NCBI RefSeq assembly: GCF_009914755.1
Contig: NC_060930.1
Direction: 5' to 3' (one strand)
DNA length: 64,000 nt
Source of the DNA: the human T2T-CHM13v2.0 reference genome, Homo sapiens
The first letter of the stretch is position 1. Each line of letters begins with the position of its first letter. Below the pieces are notes generated by a model that worked only from the letters and a program-made list of their open reading frames with translations, ran no database searches and was not told where the DNA came from. This document shows positions 27,018 through 53,897 of the stretch, one piece after another. The position numbers were made by a program, and so were the translations under genes.

Positions 27018-28139
27018 CAGGGTTGCTTGATTTTTCAATTTGGAAATAGATTAAATATTGGAAAGTAAAAATAACAAAAAGGGGCTCACTGATAGAAGCT
27101 ACAGCAGCATCCTCAGCCTGATGGCAAGTAATTTTCTTGTTCTTTGAAGAAAAGAAAAAATTTGATTTGATACCTACAAAGAGCAAAGATTAAATTTCAA
27201 AAAGCAAAGTAATCTGGAGTCATTTATGACAGATACAAGGGGCTCTATGAACTTCAACAATTATTAAATGCCACATGAAGTTTTTGGCCCAGTACAATCA
27301 TTCATCTTTGTCTACCAAGCCTGGATCATTAAGAAAGTGTTAGATTGTTTCAAAATGTTCTTTTTATGGTGTTAAAGACATTTAGAAACATTTCCATTCA
27401 AAATATTCTTTTGTCAAAAAAATTTTAGTGATTTAAGAGACAAAGCCTTCTGCAGTGTAGGAAACCCAGCTAGCATTTCTAAATGGCCAATGTTTTCCTA
27501 AAAAGATTTTCTAAATACATGAACTGAGGCCACTTGGAGAGATTCTTAAAGTTGATTTCTAGTGTCTGTTTCATTTTTTAACTTTTCACCCTTGAAGTAG
27601 CCAAAGTGAGAAGTTGAGAACTTTTTCTCATGAAAAAGCTGAAAGGTTTGTCTTAACAAATATTTTAATTGTTGAAATAATCTTCTAAGAAGCTGAAGCA
27701 ATTTCAGTTTCCCTTATAATTTAGAGTTCTCTTGACTTTCTCTCAGCTTCAGCTGAGGATTCTCTCTGGACGCTGTAAACAGAGCTGGCTCTCTCAGGGG
27801 CTCCCATAGAAATGGTGCTAAAGGGAGTTGAGCAATCTTCAGCCAGGAGAACTCTTACTGGTTTTATTCCTTTCTATTCTGGGTAAGATTTCATTTAAAG
27901 AAGGGATTCTGCAGCTATTGAAAAAGAAAGAAAACCCAGTGTACTATATCTTACAAGACTGTACAATTGATGAATCTCTTGAAAGACTCCAGCATCACAG
28001 CCAGGAATGAAGTGAGAAACTGGCAGTCAGCAATCCTGGCTTCTATCCCTAGTTCTTCCATTGATGTGCTATATGAAATAACTTAATTTCTCTATGTTCT
28101 TTTGATGTCTTCCCAAATAGAGATAAACATTTACCTTTG

Positions 28140-28433
<294 letters not shown>

Positions 28434-29134
28434 TTACCTTTAAATGAAAGTTTTAAAATACCTGGACAGAATGAATTGCTCCTCCTCTTTATAATGTTAT
28501 ATTTCTACATATTGTTATATTTCTGTAACTGTATTGCACAGTTACGTTGTTGGCCTCCTTCACTAGACAGTGAATCCCTTGAGGACTAAGATCCCCACCT
28601 TCTTGTATATGTAGCTTCTGGGCCTCGGACTGCCAGGCACACTGTGGATTTCCAAAATGGTGACAGGGTTTTCCTTGAGCACAATTTGTGGCTCTGTTTT
28701 CCACAGGTCTTGGTTTGACTAGTGGTTCCTCTCCTTAGTTCCCGCCTACCCAGGAGACACGAGGCATAGTAATTATTTCTGCCATTTTCCAGGACTGGCT
28801 TACTAAAGCAGAATTGCATTATGTAATTATGTATAATGATAATATGATACTAGAATATTTAGACAATCAAGAAAAAAGACCTTTAACCCTACCCCTCTAA
28901 CCCAACTATTTTCTTTTTTCCATATTCCCTTTCAATATTATCTACGTAGATATTTATGCTACATAGTTTGTACATTTTTGGTTCACCTAACATCATATAA
29001 ATAAAAGTTTTCCATATCATACACACTCTTCTTTTAAATCATCAGTGTTAACAGGTACACTTGCTAGCAGATAGATAAAACTATGGTTTAAATAGCCTCC
29101 TAATGTGCAGTTTTAAACATTAAGTCTGTAATAG

Positions 29135-29503
<369 letters not shown>

Positions 29504-31187
29504 TAGGGAACAATTTATATTGTAGAGTATGTGTGTGGTTTAAAGAAAAATAATAACATAAATACTCAAAAACCTACCACCCAGCTTAAGGGATTGAAAA
29601 TTGCTGTTTTCTAAAGCTCTCGTGTGTTCTTCCTCAATCATATCTTCTTCTTGTCCCTGCTTGAAAGATAGCTACTCTCTAAATATGGTATTTTTCATTC
29701 TGTATCACCAGTTTTAAGAAGCCAAGGACAGGAATCAAGAAACAGTTTCCCATAAACACATCATTAAAATCAATCTTCACATTCTCTAGCCTAGATCATA
29801 CACTATTGTGTTTGTGTTACTTTTTGGTCTTTTTCTTATTATGCAAGTAATATATGTTGCAAAAGAAGTTGACATTATGGAAATATATAGAGCAAAAATT
29901 GCAAGTCCTGATGCATTGCTTCCCCTACACCCTCCCTGCCTCCCAGAGACAGTTATTTTAAACAATAGAGTCTATATCCTTCCATGCCCTTTTGATGTGT
30001 TTACAGCCATATGTATGTGCATAATCACAGATCAGATCATACATATATATATTTTAAGAAAACCACGGTAACTATTTCTATATATGTAATGATTCTTTGC
30101 TGGAACAGGACAGCAGTTAGGAGCTCAGGGATTGTCAGGTGCAAGAGAAAAACCATAATTTCCAGATTTTTTTACCAGGTCATTTACCTGCCCATGATCA
30201 CTGATTTGTAGCAGCAGAGCTGAGACTGAGACCTCCCTATTTGGCCTCCTAGTCTGTGACTGGTCCCTTTTGCTTTGCTGCTTGAGTTAACAAACAGATC
30301 CATTTCTATATAATTAATGGGTAAAATCTTTTTCATTAGAACTCTTTAGAACAGGGACACAGGTAAGATCCTGGAGGAGGTACAGATAAATGAGAATGAG
30401 AGCTGCAGCTGTGACAGTTTAACTGGTACCTCTCTTCCTGCATAGACTGCAGGTCATCGTGGAGGTAGAAGAGGAAGATGAGAGGGGATACCAGGAGGGG
30501 GTTAGGGAATGAGTCATGGCCCAATGCACTGGAAGGTGGATCCTCTTTTCTTTTCTCTCCTGCCAGCCATCTGCAGGAGCTCTGTCTCACCTGTGGGAGC
30601 CTCTGGGTCCCCTCCTCACACACACTTGCGGTCTCCTCCCTCTCTTGCTAGATTGTTTTTGCGCCCCCTCCAGCCCTTTCCTCTGTGAGGTTTGATGGAA
30701 GGTTTTCAATGTCTGCCTTTTATTGAATCTGTAGACTAGGATTAAGGAACTGCCATGTGTACTGTTAAAATATATCCAGCTAGAATGCCCATTTTGTTTA
30801 TTGATGTTTCCCAAGTGCCTGGAAGAAAGTCTGGCACATGGTAGGCATTCTTGAAATATTTATTGAACAAATGGTTTAAATTTCTTCCAATTAGTCGAAG
30901 CCACTCTTCAGCACACCAGATCTTATTTCTAGAAAGTACTAGATTCCTCTGTTCTTTAGAGAATTTGCAGAAACTAATATATGGAGAGAGACCACTGTTG
31001 AGAATTCTATGCAGATTTTTTATTTTACTATAAACTTTCATCAAGACTTAAGGATTCAGAACATTTATATATCATGAGAAATTTGTTAACTATACAGAAA
31101 ACCGTTTTGTGGATTGAGGTGATTAGATTCTAAACAGATTGCCCAGGAGACACTGGACTCTTTCTCTTAAAGTTAAAAAAAAAAAAA

Positions 31188-31509
<322 letters not shown>

Positions 31510-33261
31510 CTAGCCCAAGGCAAGGCATGAATGAAGTGACCACTCAGGATTTTTTGTGGTCATGGCTGTAATTCCTACTGACAGCTTCCCTTATTCAATT
31601 CCCAGCACATGCAAGGCCTTTTGTATACTCCCTGCATCTGGGTGTCCCTTCCTAGGAGATTGTATCATCCTACATATCTTCAGGCAAAGACCCTGGAGGG
31701 TTAAGGCCTTAAAGGGAAACTAAGCAAACTGCCAAAGGTCACAGAGGAAAGAGGTGACAGAGCCTGATTTGAACCCTGGCCTTTATGATGCCAAAGCTTA
31801 TGACCTTCCATTATGCTACCTGCTTTACAGGTAGAGAAGCTATGTGAGTTTTCTAGAGGGTTTGTTCACTTCACCAGAGCTCATCAAGTACCTTCTGTGG
31901 ATGTGGCACAAATTAAGAGCCCTTCCTCAACATTGTGTAAAATCACTAGAGCATGGCTGCCCCCAACAAGCAAGGCTGGATGGACTGGTACAAATAGCAC
32001 ATAGGTGCTGCAAGAGTTCAAAGTCCTGGAAAGATCAAGCAGTATGGGTGGGGTATGTAGTGAGGTAGGTTTTTTGGAGGAAGTTAGTCATGGGTTGGGC
32101 CTTAGAGACAAGGTAAGAGGTCCCACTTGTGAGAGAGGCAAACGAATGAGAACCGAATGCGCAAAGCCATGGAAGGAGAAAGTATGATGTATAATGAGGC
32201 AGAGCCAAGGGGAGGTTCAAGAGTGTTAACAACCCGGGGATAGAAATGCACTGCTGAATGCTGGCATCTGGAGATGTCCCTCACCTGCGTAACTTCTGAA
32301 ATGCCTGCAGTCTCCTGCCAGACCAGAGAGCCAGGGGTTCCCCATGTCCCAGGTGGAAAATCAGAACATAGGTTACTGGTAAACACAGTGGTTGTACCTG
32401 ATTGAAATAGTATTAACAGTCCTATAGTTCTAATGAAAAGTAGATTAATAGCTTATTTACAGACTAACCAGGCAAAGGATCAATTGCTACTATGGACTTT
32501 CCGTAGTTTATTTTTTCCCTATTAGTTAAGATTGAGTTGTTAGATATCAGATTATGTTTTTATTTAGTAAGTTGTTTTCATTCTCCAAGAGTCTGTTTTA
32601 TAAAATATCAGACTGAATCCTATAAATTTGGACACACACTACAACTATTTTGAAAATAGTTACTTTTCTGGCCAGTGCCACCCTGAAATACGGTGTGTAT
32701 TTCAAAATTACAAGTGTACAGCCTCATAAAGATAGAGATGCCAGAAGAACCTCACTGCTCACAGAAAGCATAGACATTCACTTCACATCAGAATGGGCAT
32801 TGGGGGTTATGGAGCTGGACGTGCCATTCCTTCTGCCAGATGCCAGCCAGTCATCGGTGAGCCTCCTTGATGTCACTGGTTGAGGTGGTTGGTCCAAATG
32901 CTGAACAACCTCTACTTGTCATGTTCTTCCTAATGTGGATCCAAAAACTCTGGGCCTTACCTTTACCCTTGGCTTCTGGCCCTGCTCCTCCTCTGTGCGT
33001 GGTGATCCTTCAAATGTTTGAGGAGAGAGATTATGTCCAAGATTTAATTTGAAGAAGGGAAGGAAAAACCAAAAAGTACTAATACCTAGTTCTTTCACAG
33101 TTCTTTCTCATATGATAAGCTTTCTAGGCCCTCTTTCGATAAAAAAAATACAGGTAGACTAATTTATGTACATTGAAAAACATTTTACACATATCCCAAG
33201 AATTGGCTATTTTCCTATGGCAAATATTTCGCTTATGTTAAGAATCCTTTTTAAGCATGAA

Positions 33262-33560
<299 letters not shown>

Positions 33561-33876
33561 TCATTAATTCTTTTAAGCTTTTGTAATGTTCCAATATAGC
33601 TGCTTTAAACTTGTAGTGTTATTCAGCACAACATGTATTAGAGAGAGTTTCGTCTGTATTACCCACTTATTCATTCATACATTTATTGATTGCCTGTTGT
33701 ATACACAACGGGCACCACACTAGGCAGGGGAGATACAAAGATAAATGGGCATTGCAGGTCACACCCTCGACGCACTGCACCCCACCCCACTCCTGGCTTC
33801 AATTCCACAACTTCAGGGAACTCATCAGAATGAAAGGATCAAATATTCAAGCACTAAGGCAGGCTGGGAAAAGTGG

Positions 33877-34165
33877 GGCTAGGCGCAGTGGCTCATGCTT
33901 GTAATCCCAGCACTTTGGGAGGCTGAGGTAGGAGGATCACTTGAGTCCAGCCTGGCCAACATGGCAAAACCCTGTCTCTACAAAAAATACAAAAATTAGC
34001 TGGGCATGGTCGCACATGCCTGTAGTCTCAGCTATTCCGGAGGCTGAGGTGGGAGGATTGCTTGAGCCCAGGAGGCAGAGTTTGCATGAGCCAAGATGGT
34101 GCTGCTGCACTCCAGCCTGGGCAACAGAGTGGGACCCTGTTTAAAACCAAAAAAAAAAGAAGAAA
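33877..34165 (+). mobile_element. AluJ-like
   Basis: Forward Alu with a small internal deletion. Confidence 0.9.
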
Positions 34166-35053
34166 GAAAAGTTGGAAAGATTTTTTAAAGTACCAGATTC
34201 TGTTAGCAGTAAGAGATTTTGATATCAGGGAGTCTGAAAGGGACTGTCATTGAGGGTGGGAGCTGGCGTCATCCAAGATATACATTATTGGATCACTTTT
34301 GCCTGACTCAATTCTGGTAGAGCCTTCCAGTTAGCCCATAAATGAAACCTCCCATTTGGGTGAGAGGAAAGTCAGCCCCACCTGGCAGGAAACTCATGCC
34401 TGCTTATGTCAGAGGACACAGGGAGCACAGCTTCCTCCTTGGAGATTGGTCCCTGGTCATCACCCTGACAATCTCATCAACAGCCTGAGGATGTTATCAG
34501 ACATCAGACTAAATCCTTAGAATGTGTGTCGATGCACACTGCCCACTCTATACACAGCATCACTTCTATTAATGGAACCTCCATTCTCCTGTGACCCGGG
34601 TTGAAAATCAGCAAGTTGGTTTTGATTCCTCTTTTTCCCACTTCTCCCATATGCTTGCAGTCACAGATTCTGGCAGCTATGACTTTTTAATATTTCCTAG
34701 GCTTAACCCATTCTCTCCCTCTTCCCAACCCTCTCTTTTGTCATTAGTTCAGACCCTCATCATTGCACCTCAAGGATATTATGAAATGATACAATTGGTC
34801 TCTCTAGCTCACCCCACTAAGATTCAGTTCACTCACTGTTACCTGAATAACAAGTCTAAAATGTTATTTTTACTGTGCTACCCTCCTGACGAAAAATGTA
34901 TAGTGCCCACTCACGAGCTTGAAGCAGGTAATGATTAAGGGCAGGAACTCCCCAGCGTGCTCAGTTGTGTGACATTGAACAACAACTCACTCTTCTCTAA
35001 GCCTCCATTTCTCACCTGTTACAAGGGAATAGTCACAGGTTATAAGTAAAAAT

Positions 35054-35368
<315 letters not shown>

Positions 35369-36098
35369 TTATTGTGAAAATTAAATGAGATATCGTGCAT
35401 GTAAAATGCTCACCACAGTTCCTGCAATACAGTAAGTACTCAATAATCATTACCCCTGTTATTAATATTGGAAATAGCTTAGTTGGTGGGAAAAGGAAGA
35501 AGAGAAATAGTATAGTGGCTACGGAGGCTAAAGAAAGATGTGATTTACTTCAAGACTAGGGAAGTCTGTCAGGTTTGAAAGTCAAGTGGAAAGACTCAGA
35601 GAAGATGAGAGAATTGCATCTTGGAGGATGGAATTTAGGAGATAGGGCCAGTGGTAAATCTTGGAAAGCCTGTATTAGACTGGGAGGCAGAGGGGGAGGA
35701 TTTTTATTAACAGCCATACATTTGAGATCTTAAAACCTCAAATCTTTGAGGTTCTGCTCAAACTATGTTAACTGCAGAAATCCACTGGAAATGTATCACA
35801 GTGGCTAAGAGCTTTTGCCCTGGTCTCAGACTGCCTGAGTTGTGTTGCAGATTTTGCCTCTTTAACTTATTAAACAAACTTAGTCCAATTACTTAACCTC
35901 CCTGAGCTCAATGTCTTCTTCATAAAAAGAGCACAGTAATGGAACCACACTACAGAATTGTTTTTGAGGATTCATTGAATTAATGTATGCATAGAATGCT
36001 CATTAACCTGCTTGGACATGGTAAGAGGTCAACATGGTTGGCTGCTATGAATTTTATATAATACCCTACATTATAGCCAGAAGTATATTAATCATTTA

Positions 36099-37365
<1,267 letters not shown>

Positions 37366-37801
37366 ATAGAGTATTGCTCAGATAAAATCAAGATTAAAGC
37401 TAAATCTATCCTGTGAGTATAAGGATTTTTCATCTCTGGCTAAAGGTCAGCAGCTGGATTAATATAAAGAAATACTTTCTCTACAGAGTTTGGAACTCTG
37501 ACCCTTATCTCCTCATTTTTAAGCACAATGCATGTATATTTTCCTGAAAAAGGTGATCTCAGGTTCCTAAAGTTGCCGTTAGAAGTTAGACTAGTGGCCT
37601 CACCCTAGCCCACAGCAGGGAAGTACATAGGAAGCCTCCCTGCTCTGAAAATGTGTTTTGTTTGATAACAGCTAATGCAATCCAAAAGCTCATCCGTATC
37701 AGCCTGTCTCAGGCTGGTGGCTCATCTCAACAATTGCTCATTCATCTGCGTTTAAAGATGAAATTATTTTGTTTTTAGTGGCCAATCCATCTAAATTATA
37801 A

Positions 37802-38257
<456 letters not shown>

Positions 38258-38303
38258 AAGTCTTTAGTTGAAATTCCACTACAAAAGACATCATTCCAGA
38301 CTA

Positions 38304-38309
38304 AATAAA
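38304..38309 (+). terminator. C6orf163: Candidate poly(A) signal of C6orf163
   Basis: AATAAA 46 nt after the stop; ATTAAA also at 38392. Confidence 0.65.
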
Positions 38310-38726
38310 TTTACTCAAAAACCATGTATTGATTCCCCAGCCTTGTGCAGGGTACTATTGGGCTATAAGAATTTTCATGGAAAACCAAAATATTAAAAAG
38401 CACATTCCAGATTATATTGAGCCAAGTCTGAGAAGAAAAAATAGTGAGAGGTAGCAAACTGATTAAGAGGGGAAAGGTTTCTTGGATGAAGCCTAAACAC
38501 ACTTCTGTATCTGTCTTTATTCATTTCTACATCAGACATATAATTAATTATTTCAGCATTTATTGCCATAGAAAACAAGTAAAGGAAAGTGTTCTTAGGT
38601 TGTTCCTGTTTTGGGCAGGTGTGCTAAGTTCCAGTAGACAGTTTATCATTTGGTGAATGCAGTAGCATTGTGAATTTAAAAAAGCAATTTCTCTCAAATT
38701 CAGTAGGATAAAATTTAAATTCTGGG

Positions 38727-39238
38727 ACTCCCATATAAAGTAATTCAGGAAGGACTTGCTACCCACACAACAAGCAGGTTCAGTCACTTGGTGGGTGTCA
38801 ACTCAATGACCACAACCAAAGAAGATTTAGCAAGGGGATTTTATTACTTATAAGGAGTAAGGAGAACACCAGGGATAGTCCCCAAAGCAGTGTCTGCCTG
38901 AGCTGGGGGCTGGGTCAGGTTTTATAAACATAGGGTAATGAGGCATGATCTGACTGGGTCTTGCAATGAGGGGATGTCAGGAGGCATGATCTAACTGGAT
39001 CCTGCCATGGGGTGATGCCAAAGCTCAATCCAGTTGGATTCTGGATCCTGCCATGCAGTGTCCACTTCTTAATTCAGTTCCCACTCCTGAGTCAGAGCAA
39101 TCAGGTTCCCTCTGTGGTTGAACACTTGGTCCATCTGGGCATGCTCAGATTACATGACCTGAGGGTCCATGGCAACTGAAAAACACTGTACTACTTTGTT
39201 ACGTGAAAGTTGGGCCACATGGGTCTGGTATGGCTACA
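38727..39238. mobile_element. Old solo LTR, family uncertain
   Basis: LTR-like composition (ggattttattactt...ggagtaaggagaacacc...), ends atggctaca. Confidence 0.5.
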
Positions 39239-39274
39239 GACTCATCTATATTTGCCAGTTGTAAAAGAAAAAAA

Positions 39275-39954
39275 GATGGGAGATATTTCTCAAATCCACC
39301 TCTCTGAGAACTCAGAGGGTAGGGTTTTTAAAGGATAATTTGACAGGCAGGGGGCTGGGGAATGGGTGCTACTGATTGGTTGGAGATGAAATCACAGGAG
39401 TGTTGGAACTGTCTTCGCATGCCGAGTCAGCTTCTGGGTGGGAGTTACAGGACCAGTTGATTTATTTCCTTGGTATGAGTCATGGGTCCAAGTGGTGTCA
39501 GTTCATCAGGATGCAAACATCTGAAAAATATCTCAAAGAACAATCTTAGGTTTTACAATAGTGATGTTATCTGTAGGAACAATTGGGAAAGTTACAACTC
39601 TTGTGACCTCTGGCGACATGACTCCTGAGTAGTAAGCAAGCTAGGGAACATGGCTGGTTATCACTGAACTATGCATAGGTCTTAGCAGAATTCAAGCTCC
39701 TCCCATAATTCTAACCTTTTGGCCTTTCATTCATTTTACAAAGGTGGTTTTAGTCCCTGAACTAGGAGGAGGGTAGTTTTGGGAAGGGGCTGTTATCTTC
39801 TTCGCTTTAATGTTAAACAATAAATTCCTCCCATGGTTAGCTTGGCCTGCACTCAGGAATGAGCAAGGGCAATAAGCTTGTGAGGTTAGAAGCAAGATGG
39901 AGTCTGCTATGTTAGATTTCTCTCACTGTCATAAGTTTTGCAAAAGTGGTTTCA
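39275..39954 (-). mobile_element. LTR8-family (ERV1) LTR
   Basis: Minus strand begins TGAAACCACTTTTGCAAAACTTATGACAGTGAGAGAAATCTAAC. Confidence 0.8.
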
Positions 39955-40871
39955 GAACCCTAATCCTTCCAGCAAACATGGGCAGGGAGCCAAGAATGAT
40001 GGGGAGCAGAACTGGACGCCCTTCTCTGAACATACTGGATGTACTCTCCTGATGTCAAGCCCCACGGGTGAATGTGTGGAGGGGTACACTCTGTAGCTCC
40101 CTCCCACCATCCTAATGTCAGGAAGGACAGATTTGCCCTCAGGGTTCTGGAGAGAGACTAATTGCCTGTGGCAAGATGAGAATAGCAAAGTCAAGTGAAA
40201 ATTGAAAGTGAGTTATGTTTCTGAATTCTCATTGGGACCCTCACGCCTGGTTTTCTACTGAAACTTGACTGAGACAGAGATTAAGTCAGACTATTTTTTA
40301 AAAGATTCCCTGAGTGAACCAATTTTTAGCATAATTTGAGAAGAGAACAGTAACTCTCCGGATACTGTTTCCTTTGAGTACAATACCTAGAGAGGCCTTT
40401 ATAGATCTTAGATACTATGCCCCATATAAATTATTAAAGTTGTAAGCATTTTAGAGAGTTACTTTAAAGAGAACTTAAAGAAGTCCATTTTTCTTAGTTG
40501 TCTTAGATGCTACCTGTACAGTAAGAGTGCATGCAGTTCACATGGTTTCTGGTAATTAGGAAGCTGTGTTAACTCCTGGAGGCCAACTGGGAAGGCCTCT
40601 AAGACTGAGGACTCTAAGAAATCATTGCAGTTTAATTTTCTGGAATTTATGCTACCAAGACATGAACTTTTTGGAGTAAAGGAACTTGCGCACTACGAAA
40701 CAGATGTATAGCATCACTCGGACAGATGGAGAAGCCTCCATCCTAGTCACAAAGCACAAGGAGTTGGGCAGTTTAGTAATCACTGGACTTTTATGTTACC
40801 AAGAAGTCACTCTGATGGTTTCTTTCTCCAACTCTGATTTCATCTGATTTATTTAAAGCTTGTGTGTTTTA

Positions 40872-43452
<2,581 letters not shown>

Positions 43453-44910
43453 GCTTGCATATTTTAGCTTTAGGGGCCTTATTTCCACTGACATCATGTA
43501 GACACTATTTGGCAAAAATTAGGTTCATTTACAGATTGAGGATTTAGACACTCTGCTACTTCTAATAAAATTTTATTTGTGCTTGGCTGGGATCACTTAG
43601 AAAAGGAAGGAAAAAAAAGCACTGCCATTTGTTGTCTGCTAATAGTAAGCCAGACAGCATGTGAATGCTCCACCTGCATTATTCAACCTCTGCATCACAG
43701 CCACCAGATAAAGGCATTCAGGCACTTGAGGGTAGTATTCTGCCTGGTTCCATTTTCTGCCACTCTGTTTGAAAATTGCAGAACCAACTATTTCCAACTG
43801 AGTTTAAATTGCAGGATTGAAAATTATTCTTTTTTCTCTAGTTAGTTCTAAATAGAAACACTTTTATATTGAGTTGAATAAAGTTAAAAGTATCCCTTAA
43901 TATAGAGCAACTGCATGTTAGGTCTTAAATTTTACATTCTTAGGGATAAAAAAGGGGACAATATAGCTCCTATTTGTTGAATGCTTCACATCAGGCACTG
44001 GCTTTATACACATTGTCTGCAATTCTGTCAACAATCCTCAGAGGTAAGAATTAATTATTCTCACTTTATACAGGAGGAAATTAAAGTTTATCAAGATTAA
44101 CTTACCTAGGGTCACACAGCTGGAAAATGATGGATACCATCCCCAAATATCCTACTGTACTTCTAGCTCTATATTATTCTGTATATATTGTAAAAGCTAA
44201 CATGTATTCTGTACTTACATGGACAAAGCACTCTAGGTATTTATCATATACTATATTAACTCATTTAATCCTTGCAACAACTGTATGACATGAGTACAAT
44301 TATAACCCCCGTTGAACAGATAAAGAAACTAAGGAACAAAGAGGCTAAATGTTTTTCCCTAAGCTCAGTAAGCTGGGAAGTAGCAAAGTCAGAATTCAAG
44401 CCCATCTGTCTGCCTTACTCTTAACCATATGTGGTATTTCTTATTTACCTTAGGAACTTTCCATCTTACCTACTTTTTGGACTTTAAGACCATAAAGGAC
44501 TTCCTCTGCTGAGGACCCAAACTGAACCCCAAGGCCAGACAGTATTCTTGATATACCACTGTATGCTGCACAGGTATACCTCATCCCCTCACCCCAACTC
44601 AGTGTCCCCAAGTGGTGCTATTTGTATCATTTGTCTATTTTAAAGACTATTATTTAGTTACATAATAGAATTAGGTAATTCTATACATGTCATTCTTAAT
44701 TAAATTATAGTTTTTAATTTTATGTTGCAGCTTTTAATTAGATGTATGAGATATTAATTATTGATTTTGTTTATTCAACATGCATCAAGAAGCAAACTAC
44801 CATATGTCAGGTGAAGATGCTTGTGTTCATGGTACATAAAATAAGGAGTAGCCCTTACAGTTAGAGAACTCAGTGAAGTGGATAGAAAGACAGTGAACAC
44901 ACTTGTTATG

Positions 44911-45272
44911 AGTATTAGTCTGTTCTCACACTGCTAATAAAGACATACCTGAGACTGGGTAATTTATAAAGGAAAGAGGTTTACTGGACTCACAGTTCCA
45001 CATGGCTGAGGAGGCCTCACAATCATAGTGGAAGGCAAAGGAGAAGCAAAGGCATGTCTTTACATGATGGCAGAAAAAAGGGCATGTGCAGGGGAACTCT
45101 CCTTCATAAAACTATCAGATCTTATGAGACTTATTCACTATCATAAGAACAGCATGGGAAAAATCTGCCCCTATGATTCAGTTACCTACCACTGGGTCCC
45201 TCCTACGACCATGTGGGGATTTTTACAGTTCAAGGTGATATTTGGGTGGGAACACAGAGCCAAACCATATCA
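44911..45272 (-). mobile_element. THE1 solo LTR
   Basis: gtattagtctgttctcacactgctaataaagacatacctgagactggg...ccaaaccatatca. Confidence 0.9.
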
Positions 45273-45746
45273 TTATGTTTGAGGGCTGGAGAAAAAACAA
45301 TAATGGGCATGTAGCACCACTTAATAATTGATATTATACTATACTGGTGGGTGTCAACACTTAGAATCAGTGGCCTTCTAGCCTAACTGATATTCTTCCT
45401 TAGTGCTAAGTCCTCTCCACATTAGTGAAGGAATGGCTTGATTGAAAATTTGATTTCAGCATACAAAGTGTATTCTACAGTGTCAAAGACAAATTTTCCT
45501 AGTTCTCACATGTTTGTTCTTCTCAAGATTTCAGATGGTCAGGATAATGGTTGTTTCCTCTATTGGTTCAGGACAATAGGTTTGTACCTGACAAAATACT
45601 GTCTCTGGGTTCTTTGGAGTGTAAAGACAACTCCAGACTCTTTGGGAAGGGCCTTGGGAGATATAAATAAAAAAATCCTAAAGTTGTGGTCACCAGTTCC
45701 AGGGATCTCAAGAGGGTCAAGGTCTACCCAGAAATTTGACATTTTG

Positions 45747-46110
<364 letters not shown>

Positions 46111-46279
46111 TTAATTACAAATAAATGAAAGAAATAAAAAAGGTGATCATTGAAATAATTAACTGAAATAAAAGATATCCTTTTATATTAATATGGTTTT
46201 GTAGGCCCATGGGATCAGTTAACAAAAGGCAATTATTTGCATACCATCCTCATTTTCACCTACAAAGTCATTTTCTATT

Positions 46280-47403
<1,124 letters not shown>

Positions 47404-47664
47404 TCATAATTGCACCATACAGGAAGAAATCCTTCATACACTCCCATTTTAGCTCTTCATTTCTGCATAGTAGCAGTATAGTGGCCTGGGATTGGGCTGC
47501 TTACATGTGAATCTTGGTCTACCAGTTGGTAAGTGGCTGGCTTTCAACAAATTGCTTATTAAGCCTCAGGTTTCTTCACTTACAAAATGAGGATAATAAT
47601 TGCACCTGGTCCACAGGGTCATGACATGGATTCAGTAGAAAGCTCAGCAGTGTACCTGACTTAA

Positions 47665-48003
47665 CAGTTGTTCACACTAAGATCTTTAAACTTTACAATG
47701 GTGAAAAGGCAATATGCATTCCATAGAACTCATACAACCATTTTGTTCTTAACTTTCAGTAAAATATTCAATAAATATTCAATAAACTAATTCAAAAAAT
47801 TACTTTATTACAAAATAGGCTTTGTGTTAGAGGATTTTGCCCAACTGCAGGCTAATGGAAGTGTTCTGAGCACATTCAAGGTAGGCTAGGCTGAGCTGTG
47901 ATGTTCAGTGGATTAGGTATTAAATGCATTTTTAACTTACAATAATTTCAACTTATAATGAATTTATCAGGACTTGATCCCGCCATAAGTCAAGGAGCAT
48001 CTG
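47665..48003 (-). mobile_element. MER47-like Tigger MITE
   Basis: aaaataggctttgtgttagaggattttgcccaactg...ataagtcaaggagcatctg followed by TA. Confidence 0.8.
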
Positions 48004-48767
48004 TACACCAACTGTTGGTTATTATTTTTCATCCCCACAAGACAGATATAGTTCTGCATTTCTCATGCAGATTCTACAGGCCTTTATTCTAATTTTTTAA
48101 TGTGCCAATTTTATCATATTTGGTTTCTTCAGTCTTTAATATATTCATGTAGATGTCTGTGAATTATAGTCTATCTATGCTTGTAGGCTTTAAAATATAT
48201 TTAGTCAATGGTGGGTAGAAATTTTATTTTAGCTTAAAAAATTAATCTTATAAAATGCCTGCTGACATTTCATGTAAGAATTCTTTTACTCAATTCATGT
48301 TTTTCTCTTCTTCCCTGTGGAGTATATTTATTGACTGCAGATGGAAGCACATTGCTAAGGAATGGAAAGCTGCAAGATAGAACATGCCCTTCACCTGCGT
48401 GGTTGCATAGAAACCAGTCGTTTGTCCAAATCTTAAAGAACTCAAGTGGAAAGCATACTTAAAAATGTAAAGGTTAGAATCACAAACTACAGTTTGAATT
48501 GAAATGACTGAAAGATTGTTTCAAGAATATAAGAATTCTATCTAAAAGAAGTGAATGAAAGGTATATTCTGGTAAGTCCTTTATAATTATGATTTTGAAC
48601 AAACTGCTTTAAATTATGCTATAGCATGAACTGAGAAGGAAAAAAGTGAATAGAAGGATATCAGGATTGCTGAAGCACAGAACCCAGAACAACAGTCCAA
48701 ACCAATGATGGAGGTGAAACTAAGATAGCAGCCACAACCAGAAGTTGATTCAGAAAGAATTAATTCG

Positions 48768-49370
<603 letters not shown>

Positions 49371-49559
49371 TCAGGAAGGAAGGAAGGAAGGGATTGATTC
49401 AGAGACAAAACAGAAATAGACCTTGTTTTTCGTGATTAAAATATGCTAAAAGCAATAGCTAAGATTGCAGCTGAAGAGTATGAATATAATAGTAGCCCAC
49501 AAAATACCACAGCATTGTGGTTGTTGCTGTCGTTGGTCTTAGTCTTTGTCTCTATCTTG

Positions 49560-52420
<2,861 letters not shown>

Positions 52421-52686
52421 CATATCCAACAAATACTTTTGAGCATCTGCTATGTGTCAAGCATCACACTAGACACTTGGGATAAATCTATAAGTAAAGT
52501 AGTCAAAGGTCTCAACCATAGTGGAGCTTACACTTTGTTAAGGGAGATGGTCAATAAACAACAAACATGCACAATATATAGTATATTGGAAACTGGTAAG
52601 TTCTATGATTAAAAGAAAAAGTAGAGCAGGCCATGGGAGATCCAGGGGCTGCCTGTGGGGAAAAGACACTATTAAATATTGTGGTC

Positions 52687-53217
<531 letters not shown>

Positions 53218-53302
53218 TCAATGCAGGGCCTACATGCAGGACTTCATCAGTGCAGGACTTTGAAGTGTATTCTGAGTAAAAGCAAACAATTATAGGGTTT
53301 TG

Positions 53303-53897
<595 letters not shown>

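Noticed and set aside
40480-40830. Possible additional exon(s) in unique sequence
   Set aside because: No convincing paired splice sites with a consistent frame.
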